Positions 49,722-59,672 of a stretch of 64,000 nucleotides of DNA are shown here, in pieces. The position numbers and the translations under genes are program-made. Origin of the DNA: an uncultured Chloroflexia bacterium (GTDB lineage: Bacteria; Chloroflexota; Limnocylindria; Limnocylindrales; CSP1-4); the NCBI GenBank assembly GCA_963748625.1, contig CAVVJT010000007.1, positions 128,001 to 192,000 on the forward strand, in the 5' to 3' direction. The notes beneath the pieces are model-generated. The model was not told the DNA's origin and did not search any database. It saw only the letters and a list, made by a program, of their open reading frames with translations. Position 1 is the stretch's first letter. The number at the start of each line of letters is the position of its first letter.

Positions 49722-50462
49722 TCAGGCCTTGGCGTCGCCGCCCTTTCCCCGGCGCCCGCCGATAAACGAGGCCACGACCAGGAACACTCCGAAGCCCAGC
49801 ACGAGGTACGGCAGCGCCTGGTCGAGGTTGGCGATGGCGTAGCCGTTGAGGCCGATGACGCCCTCGAAGAACAGGGCGAAGCTGCCGAACAGGATGAGAC
49901 CCACCGCCGTCGTCCGAAGTCCGTCGGCCGCAAGGTCACCGTCGCGCCGTGCCAGGCCGTAGACGAGCATGGCGACGCCCACGGACGTCGGCGCCACAAG
50001 GGCCCACGCGTACGCCCACGTCGAGTACAGCCCGAAGGCCTCCTGGACGCCCAGGATGGCGCCGACGGTGGCGAGGATGGCCCCGGGGATCGCCAGGCCG
50101 AGGCCGCCTCGGGGCGGGATGAACAGGGAGCCCGCAACCATCGCGAGACCCGGCACGATCAGCCACACGGGCCAGGCAGTCGAGAGGTCCGTGACCTGTC
50201 CGACGAGCAGGGCGCCTCCGACCACGATCAGGATCACGCCGAGCACGAGGCCGGGCTGCACGTGCCGGACGGGAGCGGGAGGGGCGGTCCACGACGGCGT
50301 CTGCGAGGCGGGCTGGGGCCCGATCTGCGGGGCGGGCTGAGGTCCGGGACCCGTCCAGCCGCCGGACACGGCGGGCCACGTGCCACCGGGCGGGCTGGCG
50401 GGCGCGGGTGGGGGCGGGAGACCGGGGCCGGGCGCGTTCGGGTCCCCTGTGGGGCTGGTCAT
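49722..50462 (-). CDS. Membrane protein (LiaI/LiaF-like TM region)
   Basis: Pro-rich N-terminus then about 6 TM helices, GVILIVVG...WPVWLIVPG. Confidence 0.65.
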   Translation of the reverse strand: MTSPTGDPNAPGPGLPPPPAPASPPGGTWPAVSGGWTGPGPQPAPQIGPQPASQTPSWTAPPAPVRHVQPGLVLGVILIVVGGALLVGQVTDLSTAWPVWLIVPGLAMVAGSLFIPPRGGLGLAIPGAILATVGAILGVQEAFGLYSTWAYAWALVAPTSVGVAMLVYGLARRDGDLAADGLRTTAVGLILFGSFALFFEGVIGLNGYAIANLDQALPYLVLGFGVFLVVASFIGGRRGKGGDAKA

Positions 50463-50546
50463 GCGGGCAACCTCCCTGTACTGCCCGGAATCTACGCGGT
50501 CAGGCACTTCGCCGGATGTGCCGATCGGTCCCCGCAAGGACGAGGG

Positions 50547-51035
50547 TCAGGCTGATCCTCGATCGGGCTCGTCCGGGTCGGCCGGGCTGGTCGGAGCACC
50601 ATGGGCGACCACGTCGGCCAGCTCCGCGACGGCCGGCGCCAGGCAGCGGGTGATGGCTCCCGACAGGTCGCTCGGCCGGAACGACTTGCGCACGAAACAG
50701 TCGGCCCCTGCGGCGAGCGCGTCGCGCTCCATCTCGGGCGACCAGCCGACGGCCAGGATCCGCGCCTCAGGGTGGATGGCCCGCAGTCGCCGGATCAGCG
50801 CGATGCCGTCGCGGGCGTCAGGGAGGCGCGGATCCACGATCACGACGTCCGGATGGTGGCGGTCGGCCAGGGTCAACGCGGCACCCGGCTGCCCGGCGCT
50901 GCCGACCACGTCATAGCGGTGGCTGATGCCCAGGATGCCCACGATGCTCTCGCGCGTGCGCTCGTCCGCGTCGACGACGAGGAGGCGGGGGGAGGGCGCG
51001 GCGGCCGCGTCGCCAGCGCCGGTGGCATCCGGCAT
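50547..51035 (-). CDS. Single-domain response regulator receiver
   Basis: LLVVDAD, HPDVVIVDPRLP, GADCFVRK. Confidence 0.8.
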   Translation of the reverse strand: MPDATGAGDAAAAPSPRLLVVDADERTRESIVGILGISHRYDVVGSAGQPGAALTLADRHHPDVVIVDPRLPDARDGIALIRRLRAIHPEARILAVGWSPEMERDALAAGADCFVRKSFRPSDLSGAITRCLAPAVAELADVVAHGAPTSPADPDEPDRGSA

Positions 51036-51144
51036 GGCGTCATCGTGCGCCCGTCGCGAAGGCCTGCACAGGGACCCCTGCCGGGTGCACCCCGCGGCAA
51101 ACGACGTAGACCAGGAACCGGGCGTCCTGCGGGTCGCCGGACGC

Positions 51145-54100
51145 TCAGCCTGTCGCCGCGGTGCCGGACTCGTCCGGGGTCCCGGACTCGTCCAGGGCGC
51201 TGGCGACCTCCGTCGCCGTGGGGGCGCCGGTGGTCTCGGGCAGCACCACTTCGATCGTCGTGCCCTGGCCGGGCCCCGTGCGGACGTCCATCGTCCCGGC
51301 GAGGCGCTCGGTGCGCGCACGCATCCCGGCGATGCCCAGGTGGCCGTCGGGCACCGCTGCCGGATCGAACCCACGCCCATCGTCCGTGACGACCATGCGG
51401 ACGCCGTCGGGCACCCGGCCGATCCCGATCCGGACCTCCCGAGCGCCTGCATGCTTGACGACGTTGTGGAGTGCCTCCTGGGCGATCCGGTAGAGCGCCT
51501 CCTCGAGCTCGATCGGCGGACGGTCGACCGCGAGGTCGGCATCGGCCTCCACGACCACCGGCAGCCCGATCCGCCCGGAGAGTGACGCGCCGTGGGTGCG
51601 CAGCGCCTGGATCAGCCCGTACTCCTCGATGTTGCCGGGCCGGAGCTCGAAGATCAGCGCCCGCATCTCGGCGAGCGCGTCGCGCTGGAGCTCACGCAGG
51701 GACGCGAGCCGTTGGGGCACCTGGGCCGGATCCCGATCGAGCAGGATCTCGATGCTCCTCGAGACCAGGGTCATCGAGAACAGCGCCTGGGTCACCGAAT
51801 CGTGCAGCTCGCGGGCCAGGTGCGCCCGCTCCTCGGATGCCGCGATCTCGGCCGCCTGGCGGCGCAGGTCCATCTCGAGGCGCTCGAGATCGCTGACGTC
51901 GCGGGCGACGCCGTGCGCGCCGATGAACCGGCCCCCAGCGACCATCCCGATCGCCGTCACCTCCATCGAGCGCTCCCGGCCGTCCCGCCTGAGCACGCGG
52001 AACCGGGTCCGGTGGGTCTCGGCGGGCCGGCGCTGGAGCATCCGGAAGCGGGCGATCGTGCCCCGCAAGGCCAACGGTGGTGCAAGGTCCTCGAAGCGCC
52101 GGCCAACCAGCTCGGTGGCTGGCCACCCCAGGATCCGCGTCGCCTGGTCGGAGACGAAGGTGAAGCGGCCGTCGGCGTCGGTCATCCAGATCAGGTCGGG
52201 CGAGGACTGCACCAGGAAGCGGTAGCGCTCCTCGGATTCACGGAGCTCCCGTTCCAGGCGCTCCCGGTCGCGAATGTCGCGCGCGGCGCCGTGGACGCCG
52301 GCGAACACGCCGTCCATGCGCATGGCGGATGCGGTCACCTCGAACGGGATGTACTCCCCGCTCGCGCCGAGCAGGTCCATCCGTGAGGTGAGCGAGTTGC
52401 GGCCGACCACCATCTCGGCGAACCGCCGGCCGGCCGGGACGCCATCGGGCGTGCGCACGATCTCGCGGAAGTGCAGGCCCACCAACTCCGAGGCCGACCG
52501 ACCGAGCGCCTGCTCGACCGACTCGGAGAAGTAGGTGACCCGGCCATCGGCGTCGGTCGCGTAGATGATGTCGGGCGAGTTCTCGACCAGGAAGCGGTAG
52601 CGCTGCTCTGACGCCTCGAGCCGGGCGAGGAGATCCGAGTTGGAGATGGCGATCGCTGCGTGATCGGCCAGCGCCTGGAGGGTGGCGAGGCGGTCCTCGG
52701 CGATGGGCTGGGGACGCTGGTAGCTCACCGCGAGCGTGCCGATGACCTCGCCACCGGGCTCCCGGAGGGGGGCGGCGGCCATCGCGCCGAGGCCCATGAT
52801 CCGGGCTACCTCCACGTCGTCCGCGCCATGGGGGATCCGCGGATCGGCGGCGTAGTCGGGCGTCCAGGTCACATGGCCAGTGGACGCCGCGAGGCCGTTG
52901 AGCCCCCCGTCGAGCGCGAACGACTGGCTCCCGAGCCAGCGCCGGGTCGCGTCGTCCAGGCGGCCCGCGATGACCGCCGGGCGCAGGGCGGCACGGTCCT
53001 CGCTCATGCGCGTCAGGTGCGCCCCGTCGGACCCGAGCACCCGGCGAGCCTCCTCCACGACGTCCTGGAGCAGCGTCGCGGGATCCTGGAGGGTCATCAT
53101 GCGGCGCGCGATCTCGCGCAGGGCGCGTTCGGCGTCGGCCGTGCGCTCCAGCGCCGTCTGCGAGGCTGTCAGGCGGTCCGCGAGGCGGGCGTTGGCCACG
53201 GCGATCGACACCTGGCCCGCGAGCGCGTCGATCAGCCGGAGAGCATCCGCCCCGAAGGCATCCACGTCGCGATGGCCCGCCTGGAGCACGCCCAGCAGGC
53301 CGTCCTCACCCACGACCGGGGCCGCCACCACCGCGCGCAGGCCGACGTCCCGGACCCCCGCGTCGCCCTCCTCGTAGTGCGTGAAGCGGGTGTCGGCAAG
53401 ATAGTCACGAGCCACCACGGCCCGGCCCTCGCGGATGGCGAGCCCGGCGAGACCCACCGGTGGCTGCCCGTCCGGCATGTCCAGTCGAAGGGCGTCGGGG
53501 AACGGGGTGTCGGCCGGAAAGCCCAGCAGGTGTGACCCGGACACCGGCTCCACGAGGTCCAACCGCGCCCGCTCGGCGCCGAGGAGACGCGCCGCCTCGT
53601 GGACGATGCGGTCGAGCGTGGCCGCTGGATCCTCACCCAGGCGGCCCAGTCGGCCGGCGATCTCGCGCAGCGCCTGCTCCTCGTCCGCGCGCCGGGCGAG
53701 CGTCTCGCGTGACCGCCCCAGCTCCTCGATGAGACGTGCGCGACCCAGGGCGACGGCCGCCTGGCCGGCGATCGTCTCCAGCAGCGCGGCATCGGCCGCA
53801 TCGAATGCGTCGGGCTCCGTGGACCAGACCGTGATGGCCCCGAATGGTCCCGTCTCGCCGAGCAGGGGCGAGGCGATCACTCCACGGATCCCCTTGCTGC
53901 TGGCATAGGTGTCCGGGCCGAACCCATGGACGAGTTGAGGATCGCTGAGGTAGTCGGGGCTGATGTACGTCAGGCCGGTGGTGACGGCGCGACCCGACGC
54001 TCCCACCTCCAGGGTGTCGTTGGGGTCCCGCGGCCACTCGGTCTCGAGGATCTCCTCCTCGCCCGACGAGTAGGCTCCACGCAGCAGGTTGACCTCCGGG

Positions 54101-54861
54101 TCGACCAGGTCGATGCGGGCGCCCTCACCGTGGAGCAGGCGGCGTGCCTCGTCGATGGTGTGCTGGACGACCGCCTCCGGGTCACGCGCGCCCGAGATCC
54201 GCGTGCCGAGCTCCCGCAGCGACCGCTCCACGAGCGCCGTGCGGGCCAGCGCTTCGCGCGACCGGTCGAGCTCCTCGATCAGGCGGGCGTTGGCCATGGC
54301 GAGTGCCGCGTGGTCGGCGAGGGCCCGCACCAAACCGATCTGGGGAGCGTTGAAGAAGTCCTCGTCGGCCGAGAAGGTGCCCAGCGCCCCGAACACCTCG
54401 TCGCCCGCGATCATCGGCGCCGCCACGAGCGAGCGGAGGCCGACCTCCTTCGCGAACCGGTCCGACTCCGCATTGTGGATGAACGTGCCGTCGCGAAGGT
54501 AGTCCCCGGTGACGACCACCCGCCGCGTGGCGACGGCGCGCCCGAACAGCCCGACGCCCGCCGGCAGCTCGAGACTGCGCATGAAGTGATCCGCGGGCAG
54601 CTCGGCGATCCCTGCGTGGTACCGGAAGCGGAGGCGGTCTACGGCAGGGTCGTAGAGGTAGGCGAAGGCGCCGTCGGCGCCGAGCAGGCGGCGGACCTCG
54701 TCGCACGCGCTGCGCAGGAGCGCGTCCACGCCGGGCGCGAGGTGGCCGTCACCGGGCGCGGGCTGGCGGCCGGGCTGGAGGCCGACGGCGGGCACGGGCT
54801 GGAGGCCGGGCTGGCCGGCGGCGGGAACGGTCACGGGACGGGCATCTGCCTCACGGTGCAC
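51145..54861 (-). CDS. Cytoplasmic multi-GAF/PAS sensor histidine kinase (HisKA_3, NarX-like)
   Basis: Four GAF-like repeats, two PAS (SPDIIYATDADG, SPDLIWMTDADG), ARELHDSVTQ H-box, QEALHNVVKHA, DDGRGF. Confidence 0.9.
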   Translation of the reverse strand: MHREADARPVTVPAAGQPGLQPVPAVGLQPGRQPAPGDGHLAPGVDALLRSACDEVRRLLGADGAFAYLYDPAVDRLRFRYHAGIAELPADHFMRSLELPAGVGLFGRAVATRRVVVTGDYLRDGTFIHNAESDRFAKEVGLRSLVAAPMIAGDEVFGALGTFSADEDFFNAPQIGLVRALADHAALAMANARLIEELDRSREALARTALVERSLRELGTRISGARDPEAVVQHTIDEARRLLHGEGARIDLVDPEVNLLRGAYSSGEEEILETEWPRDPNDTLEVGASGRAVTTGLTYISPDYLSDPQLVHGFGPDTYASSKGIRGVIASPLLGETGPFGAITVWSTEPDAFDAADAALLETIAGQAAVALGRARLIEELGRSRETLARRADEEQALREIAGRLGRLGEDPAATLDRIVHEAARLLGAERARLDLVEPVSGSHLLGFPADTPFPDALRLDMPDGQPPVGLAGLAIREGRAVVARDYLADTRFTHYEEGDAGVRDVGLRAVVAAPVVGEDGLLGVLQAGHRDVDAFGADALRLIDALAGQVSIAVANARLADRLTASQTALERTADAERALREIARRMMTLQDPATLLQDVVEEARRVLGSDGAHLTRMSEDRAALRPAVIAGRLDDATRRWLGSQSFALDGGLNGLAASTGHVTWTPDYAADPRIPHGADDVEVARIMGLGAMAAAPLREPGGEVIGTLAVSYQRPQPIAEDRLATLQALADHAAIAISNSDLLARLEASEQRYRFLVENSPDIIYATDADGRVTYFSESVEQALGRSASELVGLHFREIVRTPDGVPAGRRFAEMVVGRNSLTSRMDLLGASGEYIPFEVTASAMRMDGVFAGVHGAARDIRDRERLERELRESEERYRFLVQSSPDLIWMTDADGRFTFVSDQATRILGWPATELVGRRFEDLAPPLALRGTIARFRMLQRRPAETHRTRFRVLRRDGRERSMEVTAIGMVAGGRFIGAHGVARDVSDLERLEMDLRRQAAEIAASEERAHLARELHDSVTQALFSMTLVSRSIEILLDRDPAQVPQRLASLRELQRDALAEMRALIFELRPGNIEEYGLIQALRTHGASLSGRIGLPVVVEADADLAVDRPPIELEEALYRIAQEALHNVVKHAGAREVRIGIGRVPDGVRMVVTDDGRGFDPAAVPDGHLGIAGMRARTERLAGTMDVRTGPGQGTTIEVVLPETTGAPTATEVASALDESGTPDESGTAATG

Positions 54862-54965
54862 GGAGTCTAGCCGTGGCGCCGGTCTGCGGCGCTACGTCAT
54901 GCGTCCCGTGGGTCGCGCGACGGCGGTGCGACGGCAACGGCGGACACTCGCGGGATACTGCAGCC

Positions 54966-55604
54966 ATGACCAATGCCGCCAGCCGGACCTGTGCCTGGGC
55001 CGCGGGCTCGGACCCGCTCTACCTCGCCTACCACGACACCGAGTGGGGTGTCCCTGTCGACGATGAGCGGCACATGTTCGAGATGCTCACGCTCGAGGGG
55101 GCGCAGGCGGGCCTGTCATGGTCCACGATCCTGCGCAAGCGGGAGGGCTATCGGCGGGCGTTCGCAGGCTTCGATCCCGAGGTGGTGGCAGGGTTCGGCG
55201 AGGTGGACCGGGAGCGGCTTCTCGCCGATGCGGCGATCGTGCGCAACCGGGCGAAGATCGCCTCCGCCATCGGGAACGCCCAGGCGGTGCTCGCGCTGCG
55301 GGAGAACGGTACGACCCTCGTGGACCACCTGTGGTCGTTCGTGGACGGCGCGCCCATCGTCAACCGCTTCGCGTCCCTCGCGGAGATCCCGGCCGAGACC
55401 CCGGCCTCCCGGGCCATGAGCAAGGACCTGCTCCGGCGCGGGTTCCGGTTCGTCGGCCCAACGATCTGCTATGCGCTGATGCAGGCCACGGGCCTCGTGA
55501 ACGACCACGAGACGACATGTCCGCGGTGGGTCGAGGTCCAGGGCGTCGGCGGGCGGCGCAGGTCCATGCAGGCACCATCCGACCGCGTGCCAGCGACCCG
55601 GTAG
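54966..55604 (+). CDS. tag: DNA-3-methyladenine glycosylase I
   Basis: YHDTEWG, LEGAQAGLSW, IVRNRAKI, GFRFVGPT, NDHETTC. Confidence 0.95.
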   Translation: MTNAASRTCAWAAGSDPLYLAYHDTEWGVPVDDERHMFEMLTLEGAQAGLSWSTILRKREGYRRAFAGFDPEVVAGFGEVDRERLLADAAIVRNRAKIASAIGNAQAVLALRENGTTLVDHLWSFVDGAPIVNRFASLAEIPAETPASRAMSKDLLRRGFRFVGPTICYALMQATGLVNDHETTCPRWVEVQGVGGRRRSMQAPSDRVPATR

Positions 55605-55719
55605 TCCCCTCACGGGGGGGGCGCCAAATGGCGTTGTTGCGCGTATGATCCGGCGCACGACGCCGCCGGAGGGCGCCGGCCCACAGCCTGCTTGGCGTCG
55701 ATGCAGGGGGTAGGCTCGC

Positions 55720-56217
55720 GTGGCTGATCGCGATCCGTACGCCATTCTCGGCGTGGCGCCTGTGGCCGACGGCGAGGAGATCGTCCTCGCATGCCGCTCG
55801 CTCGCGCGCCGCTACCACCCCGACGTCTCCTCCGACCCCGGCGCGCAGGACCACATGGCCGCCATCAACGGTGCCTGCGCGATCCTGCGCGACCCGGTCA
55901 AGCGCGCGGAGTGGGACCGCGAGCACCGTCGCGAAGGGCACGGCGCCGGTCACACGGTCTGGCGCCGCGGGCCTGACGGCGAAGGCGCCGCCGGACCCCC
56001 GCCGGGCCCGCGCATGGGCACGGTGCTGCCATTCGGGCGGCACATCGGCTGGTCGATTGGTGAGATCGCCCGGGCCGATCCCGGCTACCTCGTCTGGCTC
56101 ATGGACCGGCGAGAGGCCGCGCCGTACAGGGCCGAGATCGAGCGCGTCCTGGGCGCGATGCCCAATTCGCCGCTTCGGCCGCCGCAGGCGCCTCCCCGGC
56201 AGTCGAGGTGGGGCTAG
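55720..56217 (+). CDS. J-domain protein with C-terminal DUF3820-like motif
   Basis: DPYAILGV...RRYHPD; C-terminal LPFGRHIGWSIGEIARADPGYLVWL. Confidence 0.75.
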   Translation: MADRDPYAILGVAPVADGEEIVLACRSLARRYHPDVSSDPGAQDHMAAINGACAILRDPVKRAEWDREHRREGHGAGHTVWRRGPDGEGAAGPPPGPRMGTVLPFGRHIGWSIGEIARADPGYLVWLMDRREAAPYRAEIERVLGAMPNSPLRPPQAPPRQSRWG

Positions 56218-56235
56218 AACAGGTCCGGGGATCCG

Positions 56236-56793
56236 CTAGCCGCTCGCCCGTTCGACCTCCAGGAGGAACGCTGCGATGCGGTCGAGGACATCGGCGCGGA
56301 CGGTCAGCAGGCCGTGCCCCAGCCTCTCGTACGTCACCAGGCGTCCGTCCGGCAGCGCCTGGATCGCCGCCTCCAGCAGGTCGAGTGAGGCAAACGGATC
56401 GCGCGTTCCCGACAGCAGGAGCGCCGGGCAGCCGATCCGCGGCCAGTGCGCGGTCCGCGATGCCGTCGTCTCCGGCCCGCCCGGCCGGTGGAGCGGGTAG
56501 CTCAGGCAGACGAGCGCGGCGTAGCGTCGAGCGGGCCCGCCGAGCCAGCCGCCTTCCTCGTGGCCGATCCCCGCGGCCGACAGGGAGGCAACCCGCCCGC
56601 CGAAGGAGTGGCCGCCCACCACGACGTCCCGCGCATCGGGGACCTGCTCCTCGAACGCGGCAAGGGCGAGCTCCGCCTTGCGCCGCGGAAGGGTGAGGGC
56701 GTGTGCCTCGAACCCGTGCTCGCGGAGGCCGTCGACCCAGGGTGCCATGCTCGCCGCGCTGCCGGCCGCTCCATGGCCCAAGTAGATGCGCAT
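56236..56793 (-). CDS. Alpha/beta hydrolase (KANL3/Tex30-like)
   Basis: LGHGAAG, GGHSFGGR, SYPLH, GTRDPF, GH. Confidence 0.85.
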   Translation of the reverse strand: MRIYLGHGAAGSAASMAPWVDGLREHGFEAHALTLPRRKAELALAAFEEQVPDARDVVVGGHSFGGRVASLSAAGIGHEEGGWLGGPARRYAALVCLSYPLHRPGGPETTASRTAHWPRIGCPALLLSGTRDPFASLDLLEAAIQALPDGRLVTYERLGHGLLTVRADVLDRIAAFLLEVERASG

Positions 56794-56899
56794 CGTGGAA
56801 CGGTAGCGCCCGGCGTGGCATGCTGGTACTCCAGTCCCAGGCGCTGATCCCCCGGAAGCGCCATGGCCGGTGCGTCGCCGCACCTCCAGACTCCGGAGC

Positions 56900-58462
56900 A
56901 TGACCATCGATACCCGCGCCCGTCGGACGCCAGGAGCGGACACGTCCGCCCGCTGGCTGACCGCCGTCCTGCTGGCGGCGGGCGTCCTCGTGATCCTCGT
57001 GGTGCCGGCATTCGCCGCCGGTCCGCGAGTGGAGGCGGACGCCGCCGTGGCGGCCAGTGGCTCCACAGGCGCATCGGGGTCGCCCGCGCCGGACCCCTCC
57101 GCATCCACCACACCAGACCCTTCGGCATCGGTGTCGCCTGATCCGTCGGCATCGGTGTCGCCTGATCCGTCGGCGTCGGCGAGCGCATCGCCCACCGTTC
57201 CGCCCTCGCCCACGCCGACGCCTTGGCCAACTCCCTCCTACCCGGTGAGCGCCACGACGCTGGGCGACAGCGTGAGGTTCTACGGCAAGGGCTACGGGCA
57301 CGGCGTCGGCCTCAACCAGTACGGGGCAAAGGGACGTGCGCAGGCAGGCGAGTCCGCGGAGCAGATCCTCGCCGCGTACTTCAAGGGCGCCGTCCCCGAC
57401 ACCATCAGCCCCAGCCGCCAGGTGCGCGTCCTGCTCATGGCCGGCTACCCGGCCTCATCGTCCGCCCCGCTCGTCATCAAGGGCAAGGGCGGCGCGTGGG
57501 GCATCTCCACCACCTCGACCATCTTCCCGGCAGGCGCCTCCCTGCGGGCCTGGCGGACCACGACGAAGGTTGACGGCACGTCGACCACGGTCTGGAAGAT
57601 CAAGGTGCTCCATGCTGACGGCACCACCGTGCTCCACACCGGCACGGTCTCGGGCAAGCCCGTGGTCCGACCGCTCGAGGCCGGCACCACGCTGCGGCTG
57701 GACTCCAAGCCATCCACGTACGACACCTTCCGCGGGACGCTCACCCTGGTGCTCAAGGCAAGCACCGTCTCAGTGGTCAACACGCTGGGCATGGACGCCT
57801 ACCTGCGGGGTGCGATCCCCGTGGAGATGCCCGCGACCTGGCCGAGGCAGGCGCTGCGCGCACAGGCCATCGCCAGCCGGAGCTACGCCGCCAGGCGCCT
57901 CCATCCGGACAAGGGCACGTTCGACGTCTACGACGACACGCGGTCGCAGCTCTACCGCGGCCTCGAGGCGGAGAAGGCGTCCACAGATGCCGTGATCGCC
58001 GCCGACCCCGGCGCCGTCATCCGCGTCGACGGCAGCATCGTCAACGCCTTCTACTTCTCCACCGGCGGCGGCAGCACCGAGAGCAACGAGTACGTGTTCG
58101 TGGGCTCGAAGGGGACACTCGGCTCACCCGTGGCGTACCTGCGCGCGGTCACCGACCGTTCCGTCTACGGGATCCCGTACGACGCGGATGCGCCGTACTA
58201 CTCGTGGGCGACGAGCTCGCTCACCCGTGCGCAGCTGACCGCGATCTTCAAGGGCGACAGCCGCACGAACGTGGGCGCCCTGCAGAAGCTGGACCTGCGC
58301 AAGCGGGGTCCCGGTGGCCGCCTGCGGGCCGTGGTGCTGATCGGGTCAGCGGGCTCGAAGACCGTGTCGGCGGATGTGTTCCGATCCGTCTACAACGCTC
58401 GCAAGCCCGCGGGCGCGCTGCCCCTGCGGAGCAACCTGTTCGCCACGTGGCGCCTTCCCTGA
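56900..58462 (+). CDS. SpoIID/LytB domain protein (lytic transglycosylase-like)
   Basis: GKGYGHGVGLNQYGA, YLRGAIPVEMP, ALRAQAIASRSY, DDTRSQLYRG; PDPSASVS repeat linker. Confidence 0.88.
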   Translation: MTIDTRARRTPGADTSARWLTAVLLAAGVLVILVVPAFAAGPRVEADAAVAASGSTGASGSPAPDPSASTTPDPSASVSPDPSASVSPDPSASASASPTVPPSPTPTPWPTPSYPVSATTLGDSVRFYGKGYGHGVGLNQYGAKGRAQAGESAEQILAAYFKGAVPDTISPSRQVRVLLMAGYPASSSAPLVIKGKGGAWGISTTSTIFPAGASLRAWRTTTKVDGTSTTVWKIKVLHADGTTVLHTGTVSGKPVVRPLEAGTTLRLDSKPSTYDTFRGTLTLVLKASTVSVVNTLGMDAYLRGAIPVEMPATWPRQALRAQAIASRSYAARRLHPDKGTFDVYDDTRSQLYRGLEAEKASTDAVIAADPGAVIRVDGSIVNAFYFSTGGGSTESNEYVFVGSKGTLGSPVAYLRAVTDRSVYGIPYDADAPYYSWATSSLTRAQLTAIFKGDSRTNVGALQKLDLRKRGPGGRLRAVVLIGSAGSKTVSADVFRSVYNARKPAGALPLRSNLFATWRLP

Positions 58463-58468
58463 CCGGGG

Positions 58469-58650
58469 CCGGATTCCATCCCCAGGGGGATCAAACGGAA
58501 GAACTATCCGTGTGGGGATGGACCCGGCGGTGACCGTGCAGGGCTCGGAGCCTGAACCCAGAGTCCGGTGCATGACCGCTGCACGCCGTGGGCGATTCTC
58601 AGCACGGGGATTGTTGGCCGATTCGATCCGCGTAGGAATGGATCGGGGAA
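58469..58650 (-). repeat. Dispersed REP/BIME-like element, copy C (arm-core-arm), between convergent genes
   Basis: Reverse complement contains ggtcatgcaccggactctgggttcaggctccgagccctgcacgg, matching copies A and B. Confidence 0.85.
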
Positions 58651-58805
58651 TCTATCCACGCGCAGGGATGAGACGGCGTTCCTAGCCCTGCAGGGAGTAG
58701 GGCAGGGCCAGGGACCGGGCGGGTCGTGCGCCCACGGGACCGGGCGGGTCAGGGCGGAGCAGGGGCGGATCGTGCGGCCAGGGGCCGTGGCTTGGCTCAG
58801 CCCGC

Positions 58806-59672
58806 CTACAGCTCCCGCCGGCGGAAGGCCAGGGCGCCCACGACCAGCACAAGCACCACCCAGACGATCGCCCACGCCGTGAACGCCAGCGGCGGGGGCG
58901 CATCGGCGAAGAACGGGTTCGCCGACATCATCCCCCCGCCGGCCGCGGCGGCCGCGAGGATCACCATCGGTGGCTCCAGGCCGTACACGACGCCCCGCCA
59001 CAGGCCGTCGGTGGGGATCAGGAGCCGGGTGACGTCGCTGATCGCGGCCAGCGGCGCCGCCTCGAGCGCGACGGCGATCGCACCGAGCACGCCCGCGAAC
59101 CAGCCCAGACCGAACAGGACGACGGTGATCGCCCCTGCGGCCATGGTCGGCAGGCGGGTGCCCAGCGCCAGCGCGAGGGTCAGCACGGTGACGGACTGGA
59201 AGGCGAGGAAGCCGACCGCCACCAGCGGCGTCGGGGGCTGGTGGCCGGAGACGAACCCCACGACGGCGATCGCGAGCAGGCCCGACAGCCCCGCGTAGCC
59301 GGCCACCACGATCGCCAGGCCGAGCCAGCGGCCGACGAGCAGCTCCGCGCGCTGGAGCGGTCGGGCGAGCATCGCGTGCACCGTGCCACCCTCCACGTCC
59401 GACGCGATCGCCGGTGCGCCGAGGAACGCGGCCGACATCGCCAGCACGAAGCTGAACATGAACGCGATCATGATCAGGATCTGCGAGACGGCGATCCGGA
59501 TCTCGAGCTCTTCAACACCTTCGGCGCGGGCCATGCCCACGATCCCGCTCACGCCCCAGCCGACGAGCGCGACACTCGCGACCGAGAGCACGAGCAGCAC
59601 CCACAGGACACGGCGGCGGGCGATCTCGCGCAAGGTCAGGCCCGCGATGATGAGGACCAGTCGCGGGCTCAT
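58806..59672 (-). CDS. ABC-2 type permease
   Basis: TLREIARRR, IASDVEGGTVHAMLARPLQR, about 6 TM helices. Confidence 0.88.
   Translation of the reverse strand: MSPRLVLIIAGLTLREIARRRVLWVLLVLSVASVALVGWGVSGIVGMARAEGVEELEIRIAVSQILIMIAFMFSFVLAMSAAFLGAPAIASDVEGGTVHAMLARPLQRAELLVGRWLGLAIVVAGYAGLSGLLAIAVVGFVSGHQPPTPLVAVGFLAFQSVTVLTLALALGTRLPTMAAGAITVVLFGLGWFAGVLGAIAVALEAAPLAAISDVTRLLIPTDGLWRGVVYGLEPPMVILAAAAAGGGMMSANPFFADAPPPLAFTAWAIVWVVLVLVVGALAFRRREL

Noticed and set aside
12652-58650. Repeat copies as CRISPR or tRNA
   Set aside because: Dispersed, no repeat-spacer periodicity, no cas genes, no cloverleaf or T-loop consensus
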